Below, in pieces: positions 10,487 to 19,867 of a stretch of DNA of 64,000 nt. Source of the stretch: Acidobacteriota bacterium (GTDB lineage: Bacteria > Acidobacteriota > UBA6911 > RPQK01 > JAJDTT01); NCBI GenBank assembly GCA_965263035.1, contig OZ253580.1:5952001-6016000 (forward strand), in the 5' to 3' direction. Below the pieces are notes generated by a model that ran no database searches, was not told where the DNA came from, and saw only the letters and a list, made by a program, of their open reading frames with translations. A program made the position numbers and the translations under genes. How positions within the stretch are numbered: position 1 is the first letter of the stretch; each line of letters starts with the position of its first letter.

Positions 10487-11245
10487 CTAGCCGTCCCGGA
10501 ACCGTTCGGCCGTGTCCCGCGGCTCGTATCCCAGGTCCCGCCGAGCGTTGTCCAGAGACCGATAGTTCCACTTGTTGTCGGAGACCACGTAGTAAACCCC
10601 GAACTTCAGATCCTCGGGCGCGTCGATGCAGCGGCGGATCATCTGGGCGATGTCCGCGTGGCTGCACCAGACCGAGAAATCCCGAACCTCGTTGGGCCGG
10701 TCGTTCAAGTGGACACGGCCGATACGGAGGCAGATCATGGACAGGTCCCATTCGTCGGAGAAGAAGCGGGCCAACGTTTCACCGAACGCCTTGCTGCATC
10801 CGTAGAGGCCGTTGGGCCGAATCAGCGAGGTGTCCAGCACGTCCCAACCGGTCGCCTCCTCGTAACGTCCCTCGACCAGGGCATTGTAGGGCGCATGCTG
10901 CTCCCACTCGCTGACGGCGGCCCCGCTGCTGGCGAAGATGACCCTCTCGACACCCGCCGTCCGGGCCGCTTCGAACACGTTGTAGGTCCCGATGATGTTG
11001 TGCGGGAGCACGTCCTCCCAGGTGGGATCCCCCTGGGCCATGGCGGCCAGGTGGACGACGGTTTCCACTCCGTCGAAGGCGGGCCGGATGCCCTCCAGAT
11101 CGGCGATGTCCGCCTGCAGGCAGCGGAACCCCTCCACCGGGCGCCGGTTCAAGGCGCTCAGTTCGTACGAATCCCCCAGTTCCCGCCGGCAGACCTGCCC
11201 GATGAGTCCGCTCATCCCCGTGATCAACACTCTCTTTTTTCCCAT
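10487..11245 (-). CDS. NAD-dependent epimerase/dehydratase (uronate dehydrogenase-like SDR)
   Basis: LITGMSGLIG, VHLAA, FASS, YGCSK (YxxxK). Confidence 0.9.
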   Translation of the reverse strand: MGKKRVLITGMSGLIGQVCRRELGDSYELSALNRRPVEGFRCLQADIADLEGIRPAFDGVETVVHLAAMAQGDPTWEDVLPHNIIGTYNVFEAARTAGVERVIFASSGAAVSEWEQHAPYNALVEGRYEEATGWDVLDTSLIRPNGLYGCSKAFGETLARFFSDEWDLSMICLRIGRVHLNDRPNEVRDFSVWCSHADIAQMIRRCIDAPEDLKFGVYYVVSDNKWNYRSLDNARRDLGYEPRDTAERFRDG

Positions 11246-11384
11246 GCCGCGATTCTACCGCAGGGCATCCCGACTCCGCTTTCCGGGTTTCCCCCGTCGG
11301 TTCTAATTTCCATATCCAGACTTTATGATGGGTTCTCGTTTCGACATTGGAGAAATCGGCATCCGGCAAATTAGGAGTGGAGAC

Positions 11385-12119
11385 ATGTTTCGAAACAAAA
11401 TTCTGGAGAGAATCAAAAGAGGCGAGAAGGCTCTGGGCCTGTTCATGTCGGACCCTTCCGAAGAACTGGTGGAAATGGCCGGGCGCATGGGGCTGGATTT
11501 CGTCGGATTCGACGGCCAACACTCGCCCCTCACCCCGGAGCGCGTCGGCACTTTGTGCACCATCGCGGACGGGTTCGACGTCACGCCCACCATGCGGGTC
11601 CCGGATGGGAACGAGAGCACGCTTCTGTCCTATCTGGACAGGGGAATCAGAGGCATCACCGTTCCCAACATCCAGACCCGGGAAGAAGCCGAACAACTGG
11701 TCAAATACACCTATTTCGCACCGCTGGGCCTGCGCAGCTCCACCAGCTACCGCATGGTCATGAACCAGGAGGGAAAGGACCGCAACACCCTCTTCCAGGA
11801 AGTCAACGCCAACCTGATGATCGTCCCCCAACTGGAGAGCGTGACTTCAATCCGGAATTTGGACGAGATCCTTCAGGTGGAGGGAATCGACTATTTCGGA
11901 GGCGGCCCCGAAGACATGGCCCAGTCCATGGGCATTCCGGGACGGCACGACGATCCCAGGGTGACCCGGATCTACCAGGAGATGGAGCAGAAAGTCCATG
12001 CCGCCGGAAAGTTCATGGCGGGAGACTACATAGAGTCGGTGAACGTCTTCTGGAACGTCAAGGGCGCGTTGGAGCAACTGCTTGAAAACCACGGCCGCCG
12101 CTCTCGCATGACCTGGTAG
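11385..12119 (+). CDS. HpcH/HpaI aldolase family protein
   Basis: DFVGFDGQH, RVPD, YFAPLGLRS, QLES, GPEDMAQSMG. Confidence 0.88.
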   Translation: MFRNKILERIKRGEKALGLFMSDPSEELVEMAGRMGLDFVGFDGQHSPLTPERVGTLCTIADGFDVTPTMRVPDGNESTLLSYLDRGIRGITVPNIQTREEAEQLVKYTYFAPLGLRSSTSYRMVMNQEGKDRNTLFQEVNANLMIVPQLESVTSIRNLDEILQVEGIDYFGGGPEDMAQSMGIPGRHDDPRVTRIYQEMEQKVHAAGKFMAGDYIESVNVFWNVKGALEQLLENHGRRSRMTW

Positions 12120-12135
12120 TGAAGAGCCCCACCCC

Positions 12136-13089
12136 GTGAAGTTCGTCGTCAATCTGCCCATCGCCGGTCCTCTGGCGGCTCCCCGCAGTCTCTCGGCTCT
12201 CGCTCGAACCGCCGAGGCCCAGGGAGTCGACATCATCTCCTCCAGCGAGCGCCTGGTCCTGCCCCGCTCCGTCGAGACCCGCTACCCGTACGGCGCCACG
12301 GGCAAGTTTCCCGGCGGAACCGGCGGCCAGAAGAGCCTGGAGATGCTGATGACCCTGGCCTTTCTCTGCGGCCAGACCTCGCGGGTCCGCATCCTGACCT
12401 CGGTCCTGGTCCTGCCCTACCGGGATCCGATCCTGGCGGCCAAGATGCTGGCCACCCTGGACGTCCTCTCCCACGGCCGGCTCATCGTGGGCTGCGGCGT
12501 CGGCTGGATGCGGGAGGAGTTCGAAGCCCTGGGCCTGCCGGTCCGATTCGAGGACCGGGGCCGAGCCTCGGAAGAGTACCTGAGGGGCATGCAGGAACTC
12601 TGGTGTAGCGAGAACCCTGAGTTCAAAGGCAACCACGTCCGTTTTTCCGGGATCGAATTCCATCCCCAGCCGGTGCAGCGGCCTCATCCGCCCTTCTGGT
12701 TCGGCGGAGAGAGCACCGCGGCCCTCCGGCGCGTCGCCCGCTTCGGAGACGGATGGATGCCCATCGCCGGAAACCCGCGCCATCCGCTGGACAACGACGG
12801 GCTACTCGTCCGGGCGATTGAAAGACTGCGCCGAATGGTGGAGGCCGAAGGCCGGGATCCGGACAAGATCCACGTCCGGTTCGGCGGAGGATGGAACGAA
12901 TCCCCGCGCCGGGGCCCGGGAGGAGAGAGACTGCCCATGAGCGGCACGGTCCAGCAGGTGGCCGGAGACATCCGCCGCTATCAGGATCTGGGAGTCGACC
13001 ACATGGGAGTGGGCCTGCTGACCGATGACTTGTCCGAGAGTCTGGAACGGATCGAGCGCTTCATGACCAGTGTCGTGCCCTTGGTCTAG
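12136..13089 (+). CDS. LLM class (putative F420-dependent) oxidoreductase
   Basis: TSVLVLPYRDP, AKMLATLDVLSHGRL, GVGWMREEF, PQPVQRPHPP, GGES. Confidence 0.9.
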   Translation: MKFVVNLPIAGPLAAPRSLSALARTAEAQGVDIISSSERLVLPRSVETRYPYGATGKFPGGTGGQKSLEMLMTLAFLCGQTSRVRILTSVLVLPYRDPILAAKMLATLDVLSHGRLIVGCGVGWMREEFEALGLPVRFEDRGRASEEYLRGMQELWCSENPEFKGNHVRFSGIEFHPQPVQRPHPPFWFGGESTAALRRVARFGDGWMPIAGNPRHPLDNDGLLVRAIERLRRMVEAEGRDPDKIHVRFGGGWNESPRRGPGGERLPMSGTVQQVAGDIRRYQDLGVDHMGVGLLTDDLSESLERIERFMTSVVPLV

Positions 13090-13224
13090 GAGCTTGCGCC
13101 GTGGGAGATTTGTGGGACGAGTCGGGCGGTTGACCGTGGCTTCGACGAACCTTGCCGTCGGAAAACCTTCGGCCGGCAGGTCAGAGGAGCGCCCGTGGCT
13201 CCACAATCTCGAGGGAAAAACCGG

Positions 13225-13612
13225 TTTCCGCCAGCGATGACATTGTCGAATGGTTCATCCAGTAACGATGGCTGGAAGAAGTCTGCTGTCCTCATTGCGG
13301 CTCCGTGAACGTCCAGAGCGGGGCCAAGCACAATTCCATGCCGTTTCGGTGCCGGGACTGCCGTCGGCGTTTCAACACCAAGCCCGGAACGCCCATGCAG
13401 TCTTCCAATCTGCGCTATCAGACGGGGCTCTACGCCAGCTATCTGCTCTCCACCAACCTGAAGAACCTATCCAGTATAAAGCCCGACAGAGAACTGGAGA
13501 TCCCCCAGACGTCAGCTTGGCATCTCGCCCAACGCATCCGCCGTGCCTGGAACCTGGATACAGAAGAGCCGTTTGAAAGGCCCGTCGAAGCCGACGAGAC
13601 TTACATGGGAAG
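13225..13612 (+). pseudogene. IS1595-family transposase fragment
   Basis: zinc ribbon CCPHCGS...FRCRDCRRRF, SAWHLAQRIR, VEADETYMG, then truncated; in-frame stop upstream; left boundary approximate. Confidence 0.8.
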
Positions 13613-13622
13613 CTTGTGCGAT

Positions 13623-14855
13623 TCACAATCTCAGGAAGATCCTCTGCCGATACATCCACCAGCAGACCAGCCAGAACGTGAGCCCCACCGTCACCGACTC
13701 GAGGGCGGGCTCATTGGCGGCTCCCCAGAGTTGGAAGATGTTCTGCCCCAGGTGTGTCCGCAAGGTTGCTGCGGTCCAACTGGGTAGAAGCATGCTCATC
13801 GAGTAGATCGCTATGGAGTTGGTGCCCACCACCACCAGAGGGAAGGTCCAGCGACGGATCCTGGCCACGTCAATTAGAACGTAGAGTCCTCCCAGGATCA
13901 GGCAGCACCAGCCCGTCGAAAAGATTGCCCAGGAGGGTGTCCAGATCCGCTTGACAAGTGGACAGACACCCGTCCAATCGAGGATCAGTCCTACGGTCAG
14001 ACCAAGAATCCCCGCTCCCAGAAGTGTTCTGAGCTTGGTTTGGGCCGAGCGGTGCGAGCGCAGGAACCCGCCCACCATCAGGCCGAAAAGCATGGTGGCC
14101 AGGGAGGGAATGAAGTTGATGGTCTGATACCCTCCTCCGTTGTGGACGAACGGCTCCTGGCGTGGCAGCTGGTTCAGCAGCCAGCCGTCAACGGCATGAC
14201 CGACGTTGGCGTTCTTATGCCAGGCTGGAGACACTTCCGCCAGATGTCGCTGAGCCCACTCCGGTTGAACACCCACCTCAAGCGAGCCGCTCGGAAGCTC
14301 GACACCGGCTCCGGGATACAGGACGTACAACATCCACGTCAGGATCAGGACGAACACTGCCCCAAGGGACTGACTTCGAAGTCTTCGACGGCAGAACAAA
14401 AAGAGGAAAGTGTAGCCCAGCCCGATCTGCGTCAGGACATTCATCAGTGACCAACTGGTGCTGGAGAGCGAATCGGAAATCAGGAAGATGCCCAGAAGGA
14501 TGAGGACGGTGGATCTCCCGAGGGCGTGGCGCAGCATCTTGCCGTACGAGTGCCCCAGTCCGGATCGTTTGGCATAGGAGTAGGCCATCGACACTCCCAC
14601 CATGAACATGAAGGAGGGTTGGATCAGATCCCAGTAGCCACATCCGGTCCAGGGGACGTGGGAAAACTGGTAATGAACCGTCTGCCAGAAGGAAGAGTCT
14701 GGATTTGTTGCCAGATGATTCTCGGCCGTCTCCCTGAGACCGAAACCCTTGAAGGCGAGGGAGACCATGATCAGTCCACGATAGGCGTCAAGAGACAGCA
14801 ACCTCTGTTGCTGCCGGTTGCTTTTTGCGACCTCGGATTCACTGTGGGATCCCAC
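13623..14855 (-). CDS. DUF5009 / heparan-alpha-glucosaminide N-acetyltransferase-like membrane acyltransferase
   Basis: RLLSLDAYRG, HVPWTG..WDLIQPSFMFMVG, VKRIWTPSW, GTNSIAIY. Confidence 0.85.
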   Translation of the reverse strand: MGSHSESEVAKSNRQQQRLLSLDAYRGLIMVSLAFKGFGLRETAENHLATNPDSSFWQTVHYQFSHVPWTGCGYWDLIQPSFMFMVGVSMAYSYAKRSGLGHSYGKMLRHALGRSTVLILLGIFLISDSLSSTSWSLMNVLTQIGLGYTFLFLFCRRRLRSQSLGAVFVLILTWMLYVLYPGAGVELPSGSLEVGVQPEWAQRHLAEVSPAWHKNANVGHAVDGWLLNQLPRQEPFVHNGGGYQTINFIPSLATMLFGLMVGGFLRSHRSAQTKLRTLLGAGILGLTVGLILDWTGVCPLVKRIWTPSWAIFSTGWCCLILGGLYVLIDVARIRRWTFPLVVVGTNSIAIYSMSMLLPSWTAATLRTHLGQNIFQLWGAANEPALESVTVGLTFWLVCWWMYRQRIFLRL

Positions 14856-14995
14856 GAACGCCCTTCCGTTGAGTCGATATCAACAATCTACGATGATCAG
14901 CATGCTGGCACCGTTCACATGGTGATTCAACTGACCATAGATGGCCTTTCTGCTGCTCAGTATCCCGGTGTGGGGAGCCTTGCTATGCCATTAGC

Positions 14996-15546
14996 CCCAA
15001 TTTCTCATCACCGACACGAAAATCGGTTTTTTTAACCGCATTTCAGTGGTTTTCTTAGCCATATGAACTCAAGAGCTGTCCTGCCGACTCGAATGCGGTG
15101 ATGAAAACCGAAATCCGGCGATGTCCAGGGGCATTTGACTTCTCGCGGGCACTCGTGAGCGATGGTTCTCCCCCAAGAGCCGGCTCCAGCGCAGAGTCCG
15201 TCCCGCAGACTTCCAACTTGGCTTCTTCCCACCAGCGGGTTCGTGGTAACAGCGAAGCGGATGGGTTTGCACTCGGGCCAGAACCGTCCGCAACCATGCC
15301 GCGTACGGGTAGCTCTCGGAAAACGACAACCAGACCTTGCGCTTGGTGACCCGGACCTGAGCGCTGATCTTCTTGTACTCTGGCTCCGGACCCTCGAGGG
15401 GAGTCAACTCCAGCCGGGTCAGGGTGCTCTTGCCCGCCAGCGGCTTGCCCCGATCCGCCTCCAGGCGCCGGAACTCCCCCGTCAGGTCGTCCCGGTCACA
15501 CAGCACGGCCAGCAGCCGGTCCCGGCACAACTCGTCGTGGTCACAC
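14996..15546 (-). pseudogene. internally deleted IS1380-family element remnant
   Basis: DHDELCRDRLLAVL...LAGKSTLTRLEL (N-terminal part) joined to KISAQVRVTKRKVWLSFSESYPY (C-terminal part); end-like sequence ggtgatgagaaattgggg near 14996-15013. Confidence 0.75.
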
Positions 15547-15657
15547 AGAGAGAAGGTGACTGTCCCCTTCTCACTCTTGCGCACTCTTGCGCGCTTCCGG
15601 CGAAAAATCACACTAACCAATGTCGGGACGATCCAAACCATGAAGGGGGTACACGCC

Positions 15658-16227
15658 ATGAGAAGTCTGACCAGAAAGAATGGAGGATGGCTCAGGAAAA
15701 CCACGGTTACGGGGTTATTGCCATTGCTGTTTCTAGCGAGTTTTCCAGGTTGCACCGCGAAGCATATGCCAGACTGGTCCAAGGTGCAGGCCGTAGTCCC
15801 TGACACTAAGACCGAGGTACAGCTTCACGAAGAAGAGGCCCTGCCGGAGGACAACGAGAATATCGAGGGCCGATTTGATACGGCCACAGCTGATTCCTTG
15901 ACGTTGAAGTTCGAGGATGGGCGAACGGACACTTTCCAGAAACAGTATGTGCGCAAGGTGTCGACTCACCGTCCCATATGGAAGCGCTGGCCGGGATGGA
16001 TCACCCTAGTGGCGGCCTCTGTGGCAATGGGCATCGTGGCCACCTCTGAAGACATCGACGTGGCTCCATATGGGTTACTCTTGCCAGTAGGTCTGCCGAC
16101 GCTCCTTGCCTTTTACGGCTCATCGCCAACGGAAAGAGTTTACGAAGTCGCGCCCAAGCACACAGATCCCATGTGGTCGACAGGTCCGTCGGCAACCGAG
16201 GCTAAGAAGCCGACCAAGTCGAAGTAA
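15658..16227 (+). CDS. putative lipoprotein with two additional hydrophobic segments
   Basis: lipobox-like LASFPGC after a hydrophobic signal; purine-rich RBS upstream. Confidence 0.65.
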   Translation: MRSLTRKNGGWLRKTTVTGLLPLLFLASFPGCTAKHMPDWSKVQAVVPDTKTEVQLHEEEALPEDNENIEGRFDTATADSLTLKFEDGRTDTFQKQYVRKVSTHRPIWKRWPGWITLVAASVAMGIVATSEDIDVAPYGLLLPVGLPTLLAFYGSSPTERVYEVAPKHTDPMWSTGPSATEAKKPTKSK

Positions 16228-16300
16228 CTGCGAATTGGGATGTCCTTGGGGGTCCGCCTACCTCCGTTAACTGAAATTAACGGCCGCACGGCCGCTCGGC

Positions 16301-16442
16301 CCAGCAGGTGGCCGGGGACATCCGCCGCTACCAGGATCTGGGAGTCGACCACCTGGGAATGGGTCTGTTGACGGATGACCTGTCCGAGAGTCCGGACCGA
16401 ATCGAGGGCTTCATGACCACCGTGGCGCCGCTGGTCCAGTGA
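16301..16442 (+). repeat. diverged duplicate of the LLM gene 3' end (12951-13089)
   Basis: translates QQVAGDIRRYQDLGVDHLGMGLLTDDLSESPDRIEGFMTTVAPLVQ* vs QQVAGDIRRYQDLGVDHMGVGLLTDDLSESLERIERFMTSVVPLV*. Confidence 0.9.
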
Positions 16443-16443
16443 A

Positions 16444-17664
16444 TCAGACCGACGCGACGGATTCCCGCCGGCAGATTCCGGCCAAGCGCCCTATCCCCTC
16501 CCGAATGACCTGGGGCGAATCGTAACCGAAACAGAGCCTGGCGCAATTGTGTCCCGAGTTACCCTCGGGCGACAGGCGTATGCCGGGAAAGATGAGAATG
16601 CCCTCGCGAAGCGCCTGGTCGGCAACCGCCTGCATGTCGACTCCGGGAGCCAACGTCAGCCAGATGAACAGGCCGCCGCGGGGACGGCTCCAGGTAGCTC
16701 CGGAGTCCGACGGCTCTCCGAACCCCTCCTCCAATCCCGCCAGCATGGCGTCCCGCTTGCGGCCAAGGATGCGGCTGGCGGACCGGATGTGCTCCTCCAG
16801 GTGGCTCACAGCGTAACGATGAATCGCCAACGCGGCCAACTGGCTCACTCCGCCTCCACTCTTGATGGCCGAGATCCGGTCCAGGAGCGGTGAGGGTCCG
16901 GCCAGGTAGCCGAGGCGGACTCCCGGGCCGATGATCTTGGAGAAGGAACCGACGTACACTACCACTCCCCCGGTATCGAGGGCGGCGATCGCCGGCACCG
17001 GATCGCCCTCGTAGCGAAGGTCCACGTAGCAATCGTCTTCCAGAACGGCGATCCCGTGCCGTTGGGCCGTTTCCAGCAGGTGTATTCGGCGTTCCAGGCT
17101 CATGACCCATCCCAGGGGATTCTGGAAGGTGGGAATCGTGTAGATGAGCTTGACCCGTTTCCCCTCGCCGGCCACGCTTCGGACCGCCCCTTCCAGGGCA
17201 TCGGGCAAGAACCCTTCCTGGTCGCACTCCACCCCGCGGATATCCGCACCGAATCGTCTCAGGATGCCCAGCGTCCCCGGGTAGGTGAACTCCTCGGTCA
17301 GGACCACCTCGCCCGGATTCACCAGCGCCTCGATGATCATGTAATTGGGCTGGCTGGACCCGTCGCCCAGGATGATGTCTTCGGCTGAAACCGAAAGACT
17401 TCGGTCCCGCGCCAATTTCGCCGCTATGTACTCGCGCAAGGGCGGATATCCCGAGGGATGGGGGTATTTGGCCAATTCCCGTCCTTCCTCTTCCAGACCC
17501 ACGCGAAGGCCCGCTGCCAACTCCGCCAAAGGCAGGGAGTCGGGATCGGGATAGGCCACACCGAAGTCGTAGGTTGCGCCGGGATGGGCCTGCCGCGGCC
17601 CCGGCTGTCGCGGCATGGAACGGGAAAAAACGTCGGCCTGGGCGAACAAGCTTCGTTTCGACAT
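16444..17664 (-). CDS. PLP-dependent aminotransferase class I/II (MocR/AvtA-like)
   Basis: YTIPTFQNPLG, EDDCY, GSFSKIIGPGVRLG; start MSKRSLF at 17664. Confidence 0.9.
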   Translation of the reverse strand: MSKRSLFAQADVFSRSMPRQPGPRQAHPGATYDFGVAYPDPDSLPLAELAAGLRVGLEEEGRELAKYPHPSGYPPLREYIAAKLARDRSLSVSAEDIILGDGSSQPNYMIIEALVNPGEVVLTEEFTYPGTLGILRRFGADIRGVECDQEGFLPDALEGAVRSVAGEGKRVKLIYTIPTFQNPLGWVMSLERRIHLLETAQRHGIAVLEDDCYVDLRYEGDPVPAIAALDTGGVVVYVGSFSKIIGPGVRLGYLAGPSPLLDRISAIKSGGGVSQLAALAIHRYAVSHLEEHIRSASRILGRKRDAMLAGLEEGFGEPSDSGATWSRPRGGLFIWLTLAPGVDMQAVADQALREGILIFPGIRLSPEGNSGHNCARLCFGYDSPQVIREGIGRLAGICRRESVASV

Positions 17665-17754
17665 GGTTGGATCCTCCTGGCGGCCGAGCCGAGGCCGCTT
17701 GCGGCGTCCGCTCCCCTCTGCCATTCTGCCAGACCATCGACGATTGCCGATGAA

Positions 17755-19773
17755 ATGTCCAGCAGCAGGTTGACAGTCCTCCCTTCCCTCCTGGCCTTGG
17801 GGACCCTCTGCTGCCAACCTTATCCTGGACCCGAAGCGTCCGATTCTTCGCCCTACCTGATCTACGAAGAGACCCCGCAAGGGGCCGAGATCGTCCTGGA
17901 TCCCGAGCGCCGGCCCCGCCGATTCCAGGAGGCCCCGGTGCTGGCCCGCCTGGTGGCTCAGGGCGAGCTTCCACCGGTGGAGGAGCGCCTCCCGGAGAAT
18001 CCGCTGGTCCTCCATCCCATCCACTCCATCGGCCGGTACGGAGGGACCCTGCGATCCGGCATGATCGCCAAGGGCCTCAACGAGGAGATGAACCGGATCA
18101 TGGGAATGGAGAAATTCCTCTTCTACGACGCGTCCGGGACTCGGATCGTTCCCAGCGTGGCGGAAGACTGGAACCAGAGCGAGGACGGCCGTTGGATCCG
18201 AATTCACCTGCGGCGGGGCATGCGATGGTCCGACGGCCATCCCTTCACCTCGGAGGACGTCCGTTTCTACTGGGAAGACCTGCACGCCCACCCCGACGTG
18301 TTTCCCTTTCCCGATCCGGACCTGGTGGTCAACGGCAAAGGGATGCGGTTCCAGGTCTTGGACCGCCACACGGTGCGCTTCGGGTTTGACGATCCCTATC
18401 CCCGGCTCCTGGAAGTCATGGCCTCCGCGTTCAGCCGGTTCGGGGGTGGCGTCTTCGGAGAGTTCCTCTGGGGACCCTACGCACCGGCACACCATCTCAA
18501 ACAATTCCATCCCCGCTACGTTTCTCGCCAGGACCTGGACCGTAAGGTGCGGGAATCGCAGCAGGAAGACTGGGTCGGACTGATGAAGCTCCGGAACAAC
18601 TATGCCTTGAACACGGAACTGCCGGTCCTGATGCCCTGGATGACGGTCCAGGCGCGGGACACGTCGGCGTGGGTCCTGGAGCGGAATCCCTATTTCTGGG
18701 AGGTGGACACCGAGGGCAATCAGCTTCCCTACATCGATCGCTGGGTTCTGACCAAGGCCACGGACCGGGAGGTCATCAACCTGCGGGCCATCGCCGGCGA
18801 ATACGATTTCTTGTACCGATATCTGGATCTTCAGAACCTGCCCGTCTTTTTGCAGCATGCCGAAGAGGAGAACTACAACGTCTATCTCAACCCGTCCCCG
18901 TCGGGGATGCTCTTCGGCTGCTACTTCAATCTGGGGTGGGAGGGAGATCCCGAGATCTCCAGATTGATTCAGGATGCAAACTTCCGCCGTGCCCTTTCCC
19001 TGGGTCTCCGCCGCTCCCAATTCAGTGACGCTTTTTACTTCTCCTTGGCCACCCCCAGCGCCCCCGGACCCAGCCCGGCACATCCCGAGCACCCGGGTGA
19101 GCGCTACCGGACTCTCTGGTCCACCTACGATCCGGACCGGGCCAATGTCATGCTGGACGACCTGGGACTGGAACGGCGGGACGAGGAGGGCTACCGGATG
19201 CGAAGCGACGGGCGCGGGCGGCTCCGAATCGAGATTCCGGCGCCCTCCGATCGCATGGAGGTCCTCAAATTCCAGATGTTGGAACAACAGCTCGAAGACC
19301 TGGGAATCGCCGTGGACGTTCCCATCCTGGGACGAACCCTCTGGTGGGAGGAGATGCGGGCCAACCGCGCGCAAATCACCTGCTGGACCCACCCGACCCA
19401 ATCCATCTGGGGCAGCCAGGCCCTGTATGTCCTTCCCGTCAGCCGGATGTCTCCCATCGGTCCTCTCTTCGGCCTCTGGTTCTCCAGCAACGGAAGACTG
19501 GGGGAAAAACCCACCGACCCGCAGATTCTCCGGGCCCAGGAGCTCTATCGCCTCGGCCGAACCCGGACCGCTCGGGAAAGGACCCGGATCGGGCGGGAGA
19601 TCTGGGGGATCGCCATCCGTGAGCAGTGGATGATGAGCACCGTGGGACGGGCGCCCAGTTCGGTGCGCATCTCCGACCGGCGGTTGGGCAACGTCCCAGC
19701 CGGGCTCTGTACCCAAGACGATTGCCGCACTCCTTCCACGGGCCGCCTGGAGACCCTGTATTGGAAGCAGTAA
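17755..19773 (+). CDS. ABC transporter substrate-binding protein, family 5
   Basis: GELPPVEERLPENP, GRYGG, LRRGMRWSDGHPFTSEDV, ERNPYFWEVD..GNQLPYID. Confidence 0.92.
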   Translation: MSSSRLTVLPSLLALGTLCCQPYPGPEASDSSPYLIYEETPQGAEIVLDPERRPRRFQEAPVLARLVAQGELPPVEERLPENPLVLHPIHSIGRYGGTLRSGMIAKGLNEEMNRIMGMEKFLFYDASGTRIVPSVAEDWNQSEDGRWIRIHLRRGMRWSDGHPFTSEDVRFYWEDLHAHPDVFPFPDPDLVVNGKGMRFQVLDRHTVRFGFDDPYPRLLEVMASAFSRFGGGVFGEFLWGPYAPAHHLKQFHPRYVSRQDLDRKVRESQQEDWVGLMKLRNNYALNTELPVLMPWMTVQARDTSAWVLERNPYFWEVDTEGNQLPYIDRWVLTKATDREVINLRAIAGEYDFLYRYLDLQNLPVFLQHAEEENYNVYLNPSPSGMLFGCYFNLGWEGDPEISRLIQDANFRRALSLGLRRSQFSDAFYFSLATPSAPGPSPAHPEHPGERYRTLWSTYDPDRANVMLDDLGLERRDEEGYRMRSDGRGRLRIEIPAPSDRMEVLKFQMLEQQLEDLGIAVDVPILGRTLWWEEMRANRAQITCWTHPTQSIWGSQALYVLPVSRMSPIGPLFGLWFSSNGRLGEKPTDPQILRAQELYRLGRTRTARERTRIGREIWGIAIREQWMMSTVGRAPSSVRISDRRLGNVPAGLCTQDDCRTPSTGRLETLYWKQ

Positions 19774-19867
19774 TATTGCTCCGGGGAGCCGCCAATGCCT
19801 CCCACACGGATCCTCTGCAAACCACCGTCCGGCGCTTGGATCGCGGGCTCGCACGAGAAGACCGATC

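Noticed and set aside
12951-16442. Diversity-generating retroelement TR/VR pair
   Set aside because: Mismatches involve all four bases rather than adenines only, and no reverse transcriptase is in the window; the same applies to the other gene-end duplicates.
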